This document shows, piece after piece, positions 14,926-27,806 of a stretch of 64,000 nt of DNA. This DNA is from Octopus sinensis (lineage: Eukaryota), in contig NC_043003.1 in the NCBI RefSeq assembly GCF_006345805.1, forward strand, positions 77,500,001 through 77,564,000, in the 5' to 3' direction. Each line of letters begins with the position of its first letter. Within the stretch, counting starts at the first letter, position 1. Under the pieces are notes generated by a model. The model was not told where the DNA came from, did no database searches, and saw nothing but the letters and a program-made list of their open reading frames with translations. A program made the position numbers and the translations under genes.

Positions 14926-16323
14926 GCGACTAAACCGGCACCCAACCAATCTTGTTTTGAAAAGTGGGGAATTTTGGGTCATTTGGGAAATGAAAAACAA
15001 AACCTGTGAAAAGTGGATGAATTTAAATGTACCAAACAACGGCTTTCAAATAGTGTGTACAGATGCATATATGTACATTTACATATACGCATACGAAAGA
15101 AAGACACTCACTTTAACTCTATTGTGTTTGTAGTCTCTGACCTAACTTCAAATATTTATAGAGTAGCACTCGTGTTACACAGGCGTTTATCATAATAACT
15201 TAGATGTACGGTACTTTTAGTGTTTTTCTCAAGCGTAAGTGTGACTCGGGCTTCTTGAAGCTATAAATATTCGACAGACCTTGTGTTACCGCTAGCAAGC
15301 TGTATATCATGCACGTCCGTGACAATGAAATAGTGTCACTACCATGTTTTTCTCGTCATTTGAGAGAGCATGGAAGTGTAGTGTGGGTGGAAGAAGTCGC
15401 GGTTCTCTTGTTCAAGTAACGTCGGCGTCTAGTAGTCTTAGTTTTATCATATAAGTGTATGTCTTTGTTATAAGAAAGTCCAAGACAAGGAAGTTCTGCA
15501 TATGTAATTTTTGCGCAAAATATGCCATACTCGATAACGAACTGACAGGTCTGTTAGTATTAGTACCTGTTAGGGATCCAGTTATGGATTAGTTATCGTG
15601 TGAACTACCGTGAGTGAAGAGCCTTTAGTTCTCGTTAGAACTTCCTTCAGGTGCCTATGTAGTCACAAGTAGATATATACACCATCTTGATCCTCCCGTC
15701 CTGTGCCCGACAGAATATCGAGGATATGACAACCATAATGAGAAAGAGCTGCACCAGCACTTGACTGGTATGCATTTCCAATTGAGCTGATTGAAATAAT
15801 CTGAAATGAAGTGTCTAGCTTCGTGGCACAACGCATCGTCGGGCCCATAGATCGAACTCACGATCTCACAATCATGAGCCCTACGCCCTAACCACTCGGC
15901 CACAATTTCTAACCATGAGTTTTTCAGCTGATCAAACAACTGGACCATCAAGAACATTGAATTAGCGTATAAGTGGCCGAATATTCCACAGCCATGTGAA
16001 CCTTTACATGATTTTCCGAGCGGAAACAGCATGACGTTGTGAGAAGGCTGGACCATTGAATTACTGGTATGATGTAGCCGGCTGACGGGCTTCTATGCAA
16101 TTTCGATCTACTCCATTTCATTCACACGCTGAGGGTCGACCCCTGGCAATAGCAAAAACACTTGAATTAGATGCTGTATAGTGGAATCGAACCATGGGCC
16201 TTGCAATTGAGAAGCAGGTTTTTTAACTATGCACATTCATATATGTATATGTTATAGAAGTAGCAATTATTGACATGACTCACGGCATCACACGTTATGA
16301 AATATTGTTACCTCGGTCTAGAG

Positions 16324-16603
16324 CAGTGGTTCCCAGCCTTTTTCATGGTGCCTCTCACTGGTTCTAAGGCCAGGTTCCTAGTGCCTCTCACCACCAGCAC
16401 CACTCACCATCACATACATAGATCATTTTCTGCAGCAAATTCAGAGGAACAGTATTTCAGAAATAAAACTTAACCCTTTTTGTTTTTTTTTGCATCCATT
16501 GTCCCGTTTTGGTCACCCCATTATCACCTCAGTTTTCTTCAATGCCCCCTGGATCTTTTCACCGCCCCTAAGGGGGCGGTACCGCCCACTTTGGGAACCA
16601 CTG
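16324..16603. mobile_element. hAT-Charlie-type non-autonomous element (280 bp)
   Basis: The TIRs are CAGTGGTTCCCA / TGGGAACCACTG, with a perfect 8-bp TSD GTCTAGAG (16316-16323, 16604-16611) that fits the NTCTAGAN Charlie preference. Confidence 0.92.
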
Positions 16604-17752
16604 GTCTAGAGACATAGCTACCTATTGTAGTGGGTGGGGACTTCTATTCCGTTTAACTCCACACATGCAAATAATTTGTACTTATTTCACAAACCTTACA
16701 GAGATGAAAAGCAAATTCAATGCCAGTAGGTTTTGGACTTAAATCACAGAAGAATGAAATTCTTACAAAGTCTTAACCAAATATTTGCCAAGTCACTGTG
16801 ACAAAATCAATGAATTAAAATCGGAAAACTGAGACGTTCATGTCTTCCAAGAAAGCATTGGCAGACTAAGTGAAAGGAAAACGTTTCATCCAGAGTGTGA
16901 AAATTTCATAGTTTCTGCTAGCTGAGATCATTGCTCTTGTTATGCGTTGCTTGCTTCACTGACTTAACGTGATCATTATTACTTAAAGGGATCTTTATGT
17001 CTTTGCTGTGTTAGTATGTTTCTCTTTGGATAATTTGTGCAGTGTGTTGAGATCAGTCGGGAGTAAGTAATCAATGAATCGCATTTAAATATTACAAGCA
17101 AACAAGATGAACTGAATAAGTCTGTAGGTCCCATCTAGTATTCGATTAAATAACCTTCGAGAACAACACGGACATTTGTCAGCTCGTGTTTGTTAGGAAT
17201 ATAGATAAAACGCTTGGTTCTTCTAATAAATGCATCAAATCTAGCTAATAGTTTATCTAATTTGAAAACGTCAATAAACGGTTGTAATCAAATATTACAA
17301 CAAAATACGATTAATCTCACATAGGCTAATCTATTTGTTACTCAAGCAGACACGAAGCAGCGAAGAGAAGATGAAAAAAATAATACCGCCCTCGTATAAT
17401 AAACAAGTGTCTTGTTGTTAAATTAGGATTGGATGAAATAGACTCAGGAAACTTTATATACTCTACTAAGATTAAAAAAATCGAACATTAAGCTTTATAT
17501 ATGGAATTTTTCTTTAAAACACGAGGCAATAAATTATGAACAAGAAATGATAATGAGGGAATATTCCACTGTCTATGTTTTATTTATACATAATCCTATT
17601 TTCTGATTTTTTTATGTGATGTTTTAGTTACGCATAAAAAAAAATTCATTCCATTAAGAAGCAATAAGAAAATGATAGGCGGTATCTAGGTATTACTGTG
17701 TATGGATGTATGTGTGCGTGTGTGTGTAAGTGTGTGCATGTATGTGTGCATG

Positions 17753-17817
<65 letters not shown>

Positions 17818-18239
17818 ACGTGTGTGTGTATGGTGTGTATGGAGGACATTATAGGGGAAGTACGTCAGGATTTATTAGTTTTGTGCAGTGGTAGAGGAAA
17901 ATGAAATATTTTGTGAGTTGAAGAAATCTATGGAAACCTACAAGTGTCATTATGTGTAAAATAAAACAAGTTTTATATTGATCTCTAGCATTGATACAAG
18001 GACAAGCGTTTGTTGCAGAAGGGCATTGTTGATGGAAATATTCAATCTCAGTTACTTATTTTACAGACAGAAGAGGTATGAAATTGAGAAACAGTCGATT
18101 ATTTCGGTACTTAAGCTCTTAATGTAAATGAAAGAACATATATAGTATAAGGTACTTCACTGCTTCTTTTTATTTTATTTTATTTTATTTTATTTTTTGT
18201 TTTTGCTTTAATGGTTTAGTAAGAAGGAAATGAAGTGGT

Positions 18240-18520
18240 TCCATGATATGCACAGGACCTCCCAAACTGGCCAGACTAATGTAGGTAATGTTCAGTTTAG
18301 AAAGCAGACAGTCGATGAAAGGAGAATTCTAGAGTGTTGACACATTAGGAAAGGATTGGATTGGGCAATGGTGAGTGTGGGGCTTGCGGATGGAGACTAA
18401 AGACTGATATGAGTGATGTGAGGAGAGATATAAGGGTGATGGGTAGTTTTGGGTGGTGGTAGTATGTAACCAGTTAGTTTCGAGGATCCGGAGCCATTGT
18501 AATAGTTGCAAAAAAAAAAA
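18240..18520 (-). mobile_element. CR1-group LINE 3' remnant
   Basis: It gives FYNYYNG..S/..VSIRKPHTHHCPIQSFPNVSTL*NS, resembling the conserved ...NSFFPRTSTLWNSLP tail. Confidence 0.5.
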
Positions 18521-18600
18521 AATAGAAAAGAAAAAATACAACGTATTTGAAGACTTAGTTACATAAAATATAGGTTGAAACTTGTTGCGTTTTGATAGCA

Positions 18601-18881
18601 GCCTTCCATATCAGAGATGGGCAATAGGAAATTGTTGTGAAAGCATTCCAGCCATGACCAACTCGTCTTTGTTCTAGGCTAGTATTTCTCGGACTACAAG
18701 TCTATCGAATGCGTCCTTGTATTTATTTTAGGAGACTCTCGGCCTTCCATATCAGAGGTGGGGAATGGGAAATTGTTATGAAAGCATTCCAGCCATGGCC
18801 AACTCGTCTTTTTTTTAGGCTAGTATTTCTCGAACTACAAGTCTATTTAATGCGTCCTTGTATTTATTTTAGGAGACTCTC
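18601..18881. repeat. Tandem duplication of a 140-bp unit
   Basis: The units are 18601-18740 and 18742-18881, with about 10 substitutions counted by eye. Confidence 0.92.
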
Positions 18882-19947
18882 ATGTAACGACCACATAGAT
18901 ACCGACTCATTAGTTCATGTGTAAATCTATGATCAAAGACACTCCTACCATGACTATCTAGTTTTTTTTTGTTGGCCAGTATATTCACAACTGCATCATT
19001 ATCCAGTTCGTTCTTGTTTACACTGTATAGCGTGATGAAAAGGATTATTTGTTGCTTTTTCTAACAGGTCGAATAATTGTGCAAAAGTCCTTCATTGGCA
19101 ATATGGAATGTCATGCAAGTATAACACCTGACTTTCCGGACACTGAAGGGCTGGCACCGCTTATAATCCGCACTAATTTGCAAGCAACAATTCCTGCGAC
19201 CGCAAGGCCAGTTTACAGATACTTTGGCACAGACTAGTACCTTGCACACAACAGTATAAATAAACTTGTATCGTTTATACTAATATACAGGTATCGAACA
19301 GACTACGACAGGTATTAAGAACCAGTATTAGTTATAGAATTGTCGTATCAGAAAAGGAACAGCATAGCATACTTGTTTACCTAGAATATCTGTAATAGTG
19401 TTTAACTAAACTAATTCGAGTAGGGAACAAAACGATAAAGATGATTAACAAACAAATTTTGTTAACTGAACTGGTATAATCGGGAGTCTTAACCAATGGA
19501 CACAGTAACAAATTTATTGTCCAAGTTGTCCATTCCTTATTTCTGGTTAAGAGCTCCAGAGATTTAATAAAAAATCTCATTGGTTGCTGATTATTATTTC
19601 CTTCAAGTTGTAGTACAAACACACACACACACACACATACATTATATACATGTATATATACATGCTTCAGTGGCTTCACACATTATATACATGTATATAT
19701 ACATGCTTCAGTGGAACAAAATTCAATTTTTTCTCATCTCTAGGCTGTCACATTGTTCTTCCCATCGTTGTTGTCATCATGATTCACACAACAACGACAA
19801 TGATAGGTATGTACGTCTCATACTCTGCCAGGGCCTCGTTAGTCACATTCTTCAAGTGGAAATGGTTGTCTTGAGGATACTTAATACAGTGAGTTTTTCT
19901 CCAATGTCCTTCTTCACAGAACAGCAAAGCAGTTTCTGAAGAAGGTA

Positions 19948-20916
19948 GCAATCGACCCCAGTATTTGATGCGTATTTTATTTTATCGATCCCAGAAGGAT
20001 GAAAAACTAAGATTATCATCTGCCGGATTTGAACTCAGAACGCAAACTAACTGAAATAAATGCAGTAAGGTATTTGTCTGATGCTCAAACGATTCTGCTC
20101 ATGGACCACATTATCATTTCGATTACAGAAAACAAAATCTTCAAAGAAAAAAAGCCTCGGTTTTCCAACTCAAAAGCAGGTCGTATTGGCGGTCAAATGA
20201 TCTATGGTTCGCATTTTAGCTCTGGCTTTGAGTTATTACTGTGATAAATATATTTTACTCTAAATAAACCACAATATATAATGGTAGTAGTGACTGGTCG
20301 ATTCCGACGACTGGTTAATCTATTTTATCGACCCCAGGGGTAATAAAGGCAAAATTAGCCCCCGCAGGATTTAAACTCAGAACTTAGAGAGCCGACGCAA
20401 ATACCGCAAATTATTTAGACTCTTGCTCTAACGATTCTGCAAATCCACCTTCCTATTGTAGTAGTAATAATTGTTTCTGATGTAGGCAATCGGCCAGCAG
20501 TTTTGGAAGAAGTGGTTAATCGATTAAAATCAACCTCAGTTCTCGCCAGGTACTTATATATAGACCTCGATAAGATGGAAGGTAAATTTGATTTCGGACA
20601 GGTCTGAACCCAGAACATAAAGTGATAGAAGAAATACTGCAAGGTATTTTGTCCGACGTTCTAATGATTCTGTCAATCCAACACCCTTTTTTGTAAGATG
20701 ATTTCAAATTTTGGTAGAGGGTGAGCAGTTTATGAGAGAAGGGGAAAGTCGATTATATCGAGACTCCAGTTCTCGGCTGGTACTTATTTCATCGACCCCG
20801 AAAGGATGAAAGGCAAAGTAGACCTCAGCAGAATTTGAGCTAGGGACGTAGAGACAGACGAAATGCTGCCAAGCATTTTGTCCGGCGTGCTACTAGTTCT
20901 GCCAGCTCGCCGCCTT
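19948..20916 (-). mobile_element. Cluster of four co-oriented family B SINE copies
   Basis: The copies lie at about 19948-20108, 20290-20454, 20472-20686 and 20700-20916. Confidence 0.8.
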
Positions 20917-23631
20917 ACCATTTTTAGTCATAATAATTCCCTCAGCCTAAACATTTAAATCTCACATAGTTTAGTCCATCTAACCGTAAATAGGTTTCAT
21001 GCAAAATATTTAATTAATATTTAATTAATTAATGAATCTTTCTTTCAATTTCATTCTCCGGATGTCTTCTGATAAGTTGTCTTTTTGTGACCTAATGCTA
21101 CCGATGCTACTCTTATTTCTTCTCAGTTCATTTGTGCTTCAAGCACAGAATTTTTGTTTTTGCATTAAACTCGAAAAAGGAGAACACGAAGAGTTCAGAA
21201 GAAATAACGTAAAAGCATCTCGTCCGGCACCTTAGCAGTGCTGCTAATCCCCTGTCCTACATTGCTGCATTATTTGTCAATTCCTAAAAGAGAAAAGCCA
21301 AAGTTGTCCTCGACTGGATTTGAACTAAGAAGGGAGCCAGGACAAGGTTAAATTAGATATTAAAGTCAAGCCGTATGCATTAATGACGTAATCGGCTGAT
21401 GCGTCTTATCAATAGACACTTGCTCTGGTGTGTTTTTGAGTTTTCCAACATTTTTCAAACCATGTATTATAATCACCACTACTTTCGACGGTAGACTCCA
21501 TATGAATTCACAGCATTAATCTAAAATCTAGTAATTAATTTTGCAACATAGCAAGTCTGTTATTTATGCGTTTATTCTACTTCCAGGTTAATTAAAAATA
21601 TTTGAGAACATTGTACATTTCGAATTTGCTTTAAATTGGTTTTTCAACCACTACCGAATTAGTTGTTAAAATAGCAATCATGCTTAATCAATAGGTGATA
21701 GTTAACATATATTGCTTTCTGACACCCATAGAATAACAAGCCATTGACATTACTGACAGGCAAAGAAACATAATTGCGTTTATAGACGTTCGGGTCACAG
21801 AACAGAATAAAACAGAATTCTAGTGTAAAGCATAAATTTACAATTTCAGCAAATTTATAGTTACATCTGAAATATTAGTCTTTGCTATAAACAAAGTTGT
21901 TAAGATAAAAAGAATAAAACTTATTGAGCAGCCACAGGGAGCTCATATTTTTTTTCTAGCGGTAGAGGATTCTCCGTCGGTCTCGACGATGAAGTAGGCA
22001 TTACGCTGTTGCGAATTCTTACCCGAGAAATTAACGTGTATGATAATGAGTTCCTCTAAAGTAATTCTCAGCACGAATCAGCATAGCACAGTGCAACAAA
22101 GCTGGCCTTTTGAATTACAGGTGTAGTCTAGAGAGAAAGCTAAGTATCTATCCCAGCGCTGGTACTTTAGTTATCGATGGGAAAGGGATGTAAGGCAAAG
22201 TTGATTTCGGAGGGATTTCAATTCAAGGCGCAGAGACGGAACAAATACCGTGCAGCTTTTTATCCGACATTCTTACGATTCTTCAATTAACCGCCTTCAT
22301 AATTCTAGTTCACATGCTTAATTACTTCCCAATTAACTTGATTAGAAATGCCAAAATGGATTTATGATATATGGCCACAGTGAACATTACAAAATGTTAT
22401 GTGGCATTTCATTTTAAACTCCACCAGTTATCTCTGGTTTCTGTTTCATGTAGCGGCTAGGATGCTCATCGAAAAGGGGCTCATATTTCTAGAGGAAGAG
22501 TTGAACTCAACACCTTAGATTTATAAATTTACATACGAGCTGATCTCGATTGACCTGCAAATAATAGCAGTCAAATTTCCCTCATATCACTCCACCTAGT
22601 CATAAAAAAGAGAAACCACATTGGATAATAAAGTTTTAGATATACTGCTTGAGAATAAGATGAGATGGCCACAGGTAGAACGACTTTGATTATAGGCATG
22701 CACCTATCAGAGTTCACCTCGGGCTAAATGTCAACAACGACAAATCTTTCTTTATTGCATTATGACAGTCTGTTCAATATTTTATTTTCGACGCTTTTCC
22801 CTCACATTTCACATCCATCTGGGATCGATAAATTTACAACAGAAGTTAATTTTACTGACTTCGTTTACACATTATTCCATGAGAAGTTGTGTAGAGACCC
22901 TATTGGTAAATGCCGACTATGCATCTACACACGTAGATGCAGGCCAGAGTATGATGTTTGTGAGGAAGATTAGCAAAGGAAGGCTGCTGGTTCAGGCCGA
23001 TACTGCTTAGCAACAGTTTACTGAAAGGATCACCTGCGTTGCTATGAGACTGCAAATAGCTGCAACAGATACTGTAAAATCACTTGACTCGACCCTCTAA
23101 CAATTCCACCAATCCACTACCCTAGATTAATATGTTTTGTTTTGTTTTATCAACTTCTAACGGCTGCAAGGTAGAGGTTCGTGGCTTAGTGGTTAAAATG
23201 TTGCACTCATAAGCGTAAGAATGAGGTTTAGATTCCTGGATCTAGAAATACGTTGTATTTGAGCAAATCACTTCATTTTACGTTGATCAAGATCACTCAA
23301 CTATAGGCTCATAAGGCTGGTTTCCAGGATTCTGTGGCGTAAATATTACCTCCCTGAACGGGTGGAAATGCATATGCAACAAGATAGGACCTTTGAAAGG
23401 ATGAAAGACAAACCTGACTTAGGTGGGATTTAAACTCAGAGTGTGTAAAGTCAGAGTAAATGCCGTGAGGTATTCTACCCATCACTCTGACTCTGTCAAT
23501 TCACTAGCCAAGGCAATCCTGAATTGTTTGTTTGGGATTCATCCACTTCACATTGAACCAAAGAGCTTCGATGATTCTCAGAAAATATAAATTATTGATC
23601 ATGTAATTCTATAAATTATTGATGTAGGATT

Positions 23632-24200
23632 CCTCGTAGTAAGAAGCTTGCTTATAAACCACATGGTTTCGGGTTCAGACCCAGTGCGTGGAAACTTCAG
23701 CATAAGTTTTCTACTATAGCGCAAAGCCGAGCAAAGCATTGTGAGTGAAACTGAAAGAAATCCATCATATATATATGTGTGTATGTGTGTGTGTGTATAT
23801 ATATATATATATAGATATGTGTATATATATATGTATGTGTGTATGTATGTGTGTATGTATGTATGTATGTATGTATGTATGTATGTATGTATGTATGTAT
23901 GTATGTATGTATGTATGTATGTATGTATGTATGTATGTATGTATGCATGTATGTATGAATGTGTATGTGCGCGTGTGTATGTGTGTGTGCGCGTATCTAT
24001 ATGTGTGTGTCTTGAGTTTGTCTCCTCCCGTCTGACAACTAGTGTTGTTTGTTTGCTCCCCGTAACTTCGCGGTTCGGCTAAGGAAACCAATAGATTAAA
24101 TACCAGGCTTATAAACAGGATCGATCTGTTCGACTAAACCCCTCAAAGTAATGCCTCAGCATGGCCGCAGTCCAATGACGGAAGCAAGTAAAAGATAAGA
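23632..24200 (+). mobile_element. Family A SINE with (TATG)n expansion
   Basis: Head, CORE-like segment and tail are colinear with 12968-13490. Confidence 0.82.
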
Positions 24201-24494
24201 TACACTTGAAAGCAAATGGATCTTATTTCGGTTTCCAGATTAATATTCCAATTGCTGTATCAACCGAACTGTCCACATTTTGCACCATAGCATTACTAGC
24301 CGAGTATTCCAAAGACATATGTACTATAAATGTAATCAGGTTATGCATTTAAATTACAGATATTGTGCTTCAATGATATCAGCGTTGTTTCCGACAATTC
24401 ACTTTCACTTAAACGAAGTCAGTTGATTTTGAGTCAATGGCAGAAGACAATTGTTCAAGGTGCTCTACATATGCTGCGCAGCTCGGTTAGTCTC

Positions 24495-24588
<94 letters not shown>

Positions 24589-24809
24589 ATATAATATATG
24601 GAAAAAAAATCAAGATAGAAAATGCTAAAATAATTTTATAAAAAACATTTCAATACCGGTTTCAGTCATTGAGGCTTTTTCAACTGTAAGTATAGAAGAT
24701 AATTAAATTTTGGAAAAATTAAAAGAAAAGTTTTTTTATAAGAATATTTTCATAGTGTTCAAATTCAAGTGACATTTTCCTTGTTTCTGTCTATCTCTGT
24801 CTCTCTGTT

Positions 24810-24876
<67 letters not shown>

Positions 24877-25005
24877 TACATACATACATACATACATACA
24901 TACATACATACATACATACATACGTACATGATAAATACTATTAATATGCGAAACATGGTTCTAAGTCCGGGTAACGTATATACATACATATATATGTATG
25001 TGTGC

Positions 25006-25051
<46 letters not shown>

Positions 25052-25458
25052 ATATATGTGTGTGTGTGTGTGTGTGCGCGCGTATATACAATACCGGACA
25101 TAGAACCATGTCTTGCATAGTAATACTATTTATCATGAGGAAGGAAAGCAGCAGTACCTAAACTACTTGTATCTTTTATACAAGATATAGCTGACATAAA
25201 ATCTGATTATCACAAATAGTAAACGAAGCGAAAATAAGAACCAACTGAAAATCCGTTATTGCAAATACTGCCGTCCTTTGCACGTAAACTATCACACAAT
25301 GTGCTCTACCGTCAAATTTGATATTTGAAACATATAAAAATGATAATGGTTGTTCATTGGAACAAGTAAACTCAATGAAATACAGAACTTGATATCAGTG
25401 TGCAATACAAACAGACATGTACACCGTCATGCATTCACACATGTATACAAACATGCAA

Positions 25459-26285
25459 ACGTGGTCTAATCAATAAGTATCCGGACTGTTGTCATAGTAA
25501 TGAAGCTAAAGCTGCTTAGCACAGATTGACCTTGAACACTGCTGTGCATGCGCACAAAGTTTTAACGCTCTAGCTCACTTCTGCTGTTTACTGCAGAGTT
25601 TGAAAGGAAGGTGTGTGGCGTATGATCGTCAAAAATGACCGTGACAGAGAAAGCTGAGCAGAGAATCTGCATCAAATTTTGTCAAAAGCTTGGTGATACC
25701 TGCTCAGAGGCCTACGTAAAGTTTTCAAAAACTTTTCTTCGTTCTCGACGTAATCAAGTAAATCTTGTGCAACTGAAACCCGAGTGAATTCTTGGTCAGT
25801 TGAAAGCAGTTTTGGCATAAACTTGGTGGACACGCGTCTCATACCCAAATCTTCAGTGATTATGGACTGAACTGAACCGTAACTAATCTGCACATTCTCT
25901 GATAACTCACGGATGGTGCTTCGATGATTTCCCTTCACAGCTGCACGTACATCTGCGATGTTTTTCTCAGTTCTGTTGGTTGCGAGTCTCCCAGAACGTT
26001 CGTCACTATCGACATTTTTTCAGCTCATACAATCTTCTCCGTACACTTTCTGTAACTTTGCGTAGCCCTCTGAGTAGGTATCGCCAAGCTTTTGGCAAAA
26101 TGTGATGTAGATTCATGGTCAATGCGAACATCGCACGTTACACGCGCTCCTTCCATGCACTGCTGTAAACAGCGGAAGTGATCTAGAACGTTAAAACTTA
26201 GTGCGCATGCACAACAGAGTTCAAGATAAATTTTTGCAACGCGGCTTCTCTCTGCGTGCTTTTGCTTCGTTACTATGTCAACAGT
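25459..26285. mobile_element. Mariner derivative with two 5' ends in inverted orientation
   Basis: On the + strand: TIR, UTR and MTVTEKAEQRICIKFCQKLGDTCSEAY. On the - strand: the same TIR/UTR, then RSGR..TIRELSE..DLGMRRVSTKFMPKLL. Confidence 0.85.
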
Positions 26286-26300
26286 GATCATGGGGCATAT

Positions 26301-26335
26301 CAGTGGCGATGAGGGATCGGACAATATCGCCACTG
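26301..26335. mobile_element. 35-bp hAT-type relic
   Basis: 10-bp TIRs CAGTGGCGAT/ATCGCCACTG are flanked by a perfect 8-bp direct repeat GGGCATAT (26293-26300, 26336-26343). Confidence 0.75.
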
Positions 26336-26952
26336 GGGCATATCACACACAAACACACACACACATACACACACACACACATACACACACACATATACCT
26401 TCTTTCCTTCCTACGTATATACATACATACACACATACATACATATATGCATACATACATGAATACACACAAAAACACACAGTGTTTCTAGGCAAGTGAG
26501 AGAGAATGACTTAAGTATTCAGAATCCCTTACCTTTCCCCAAGCTTCAGGTTTTTTTTTAAATATAAATAAAATTAGGATTAACTTTCTCTCTGCTTTTA
26601 CAGCTTTTAAACACCGTCCGTTGGTTTCGAAGGGTATCATTAAATATATATTTCTTTGGATATTTTTCTCCTACTGTTTTAGAAAATTACAGTGACTGCT
26701 AATTATAGTGTCAGCCAATTAAGATTAATTTCATCTATAATTCTAGCGTATAAGATCCCCCGTATAGAATTCATGCATGTATTCCCTATTTAGTGTACAT
26801 GTTGTAGTCGTTAGCAACTGTCAGTAAGCTTGGTAAAACGTAAATTATATATATCACAGCACAATGTCGCTATATTGCATGTTGCTTTTGGAAGTAATAT
26901 GATGGCAATCATTCGCAGGTTAAGGAAAGATGTCTTCTTGGCGGCAGATGTA

Positions 26953-27518
26953 TTGGGTTGTCCGGAAAGTTCGTGCCGATTTTTAAAGGAAAGAAAAAGG
27001 TCAATAAATACTTGCCATTACATTTTTAATCAACCAAATATAAACCATTTTGTTGCACAATGCGTCTCCATCTTTCCTTTAACTTGAAAATACCCTCTTC
27101 CCAGAATTGAGGTGGTTTCATGGCAAAGAATTCATCAAGGTATCTTTTTACGTCATCCAAGAAATTTAATATTTTACCATTAAGACTATTCTGCAGAGAT
27201 CTGAATAGGTGGAAATTTGAAGGAGCAATATCTGGTGAATATGGAAGGTAGGGTAACACATCCCAGCCGAGCTGCAGTAATTTTTGTCTGGTTCCCAAAG
27301 CTTCAAGTGCCGAAAATGAACTTTCTTATTTTCCATTTTAAAGGGTTACAGAATTAACACAGGTTATAGGAACATAAATCTTCTTTCAGGAAAAGATAGC
27401 TTAAACTGTGCTCTAAATGGAGGTATAGTCAAATCCTATTTTATGGATTCAACCATGTTCTAAAATAAGTCGAAAGGTAAGCTACTATAAATCGGCACGA
27501 ACTTTCCGGACAACCCAA
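26953..27518 (-). mobile_element. Internally deleted mariner (566 bp), same family as 1468-2400
   Basis: Perfect 30-bp TIRs, each flanked by TA. It retains the C-terminal YSPDIAPSNFHLFRSL...KERWRRIVQQNG. Confidence 0.95.
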
Positions 27519-27588
27519 TATAAGCGTAGGGATCTTTAGCGTAGAATCAAATGATGTATACATTCCCCTGAATAGCTTCAACATATTA

Positions 27589-27806
27589 GTTTCCAGTTTT
27601 GGCACAAGGTCAGTAATTTCAAGAGAGGAAGTAAGTCCATTACATCGACTCAAATGCCCAACTGGTACTTATTTTACCGACCCCGTGAGGATAAAAGGTA
27701 AAGACGCCCTTCGACTGATTTTGAACTCAGGACGCAAAGACAGACGAAATGCCCCTAAATATTTTCCCGGCACGGTAACGATTGTACCAGCTTGCCGTGT
27801 TGAGTG
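27589..27806 (-). mobile_element. Family B SINE with 14-bp TSD
   Basis: The direct repeat gcttcaacatatta lies at 27575-27588 and 27807-27820. Confidence 0.88.

Noticed and set aside
19068-19265. Plus-strand acceptor, short ORF and AATAAA resembling a terminal exon
   Set aside because: There is no recognisable protein and no coherent upstream exon. It is antisense to the identified gene.
21032-21235. Signal-peptide-like MLPMLLLFLLSSFVLQAQ on the + strand
   Set aside because: There is no donor nearby and the ORF runs into a degenerate SINE.
21960-22059. Plus-strand acceptor followed by GRGFSVGLDDEVGITLLRILTREINVYDNEFL*
   Set aside because: It is protein-like but short and unrecognised, and could not be linked to a start-containing exon.
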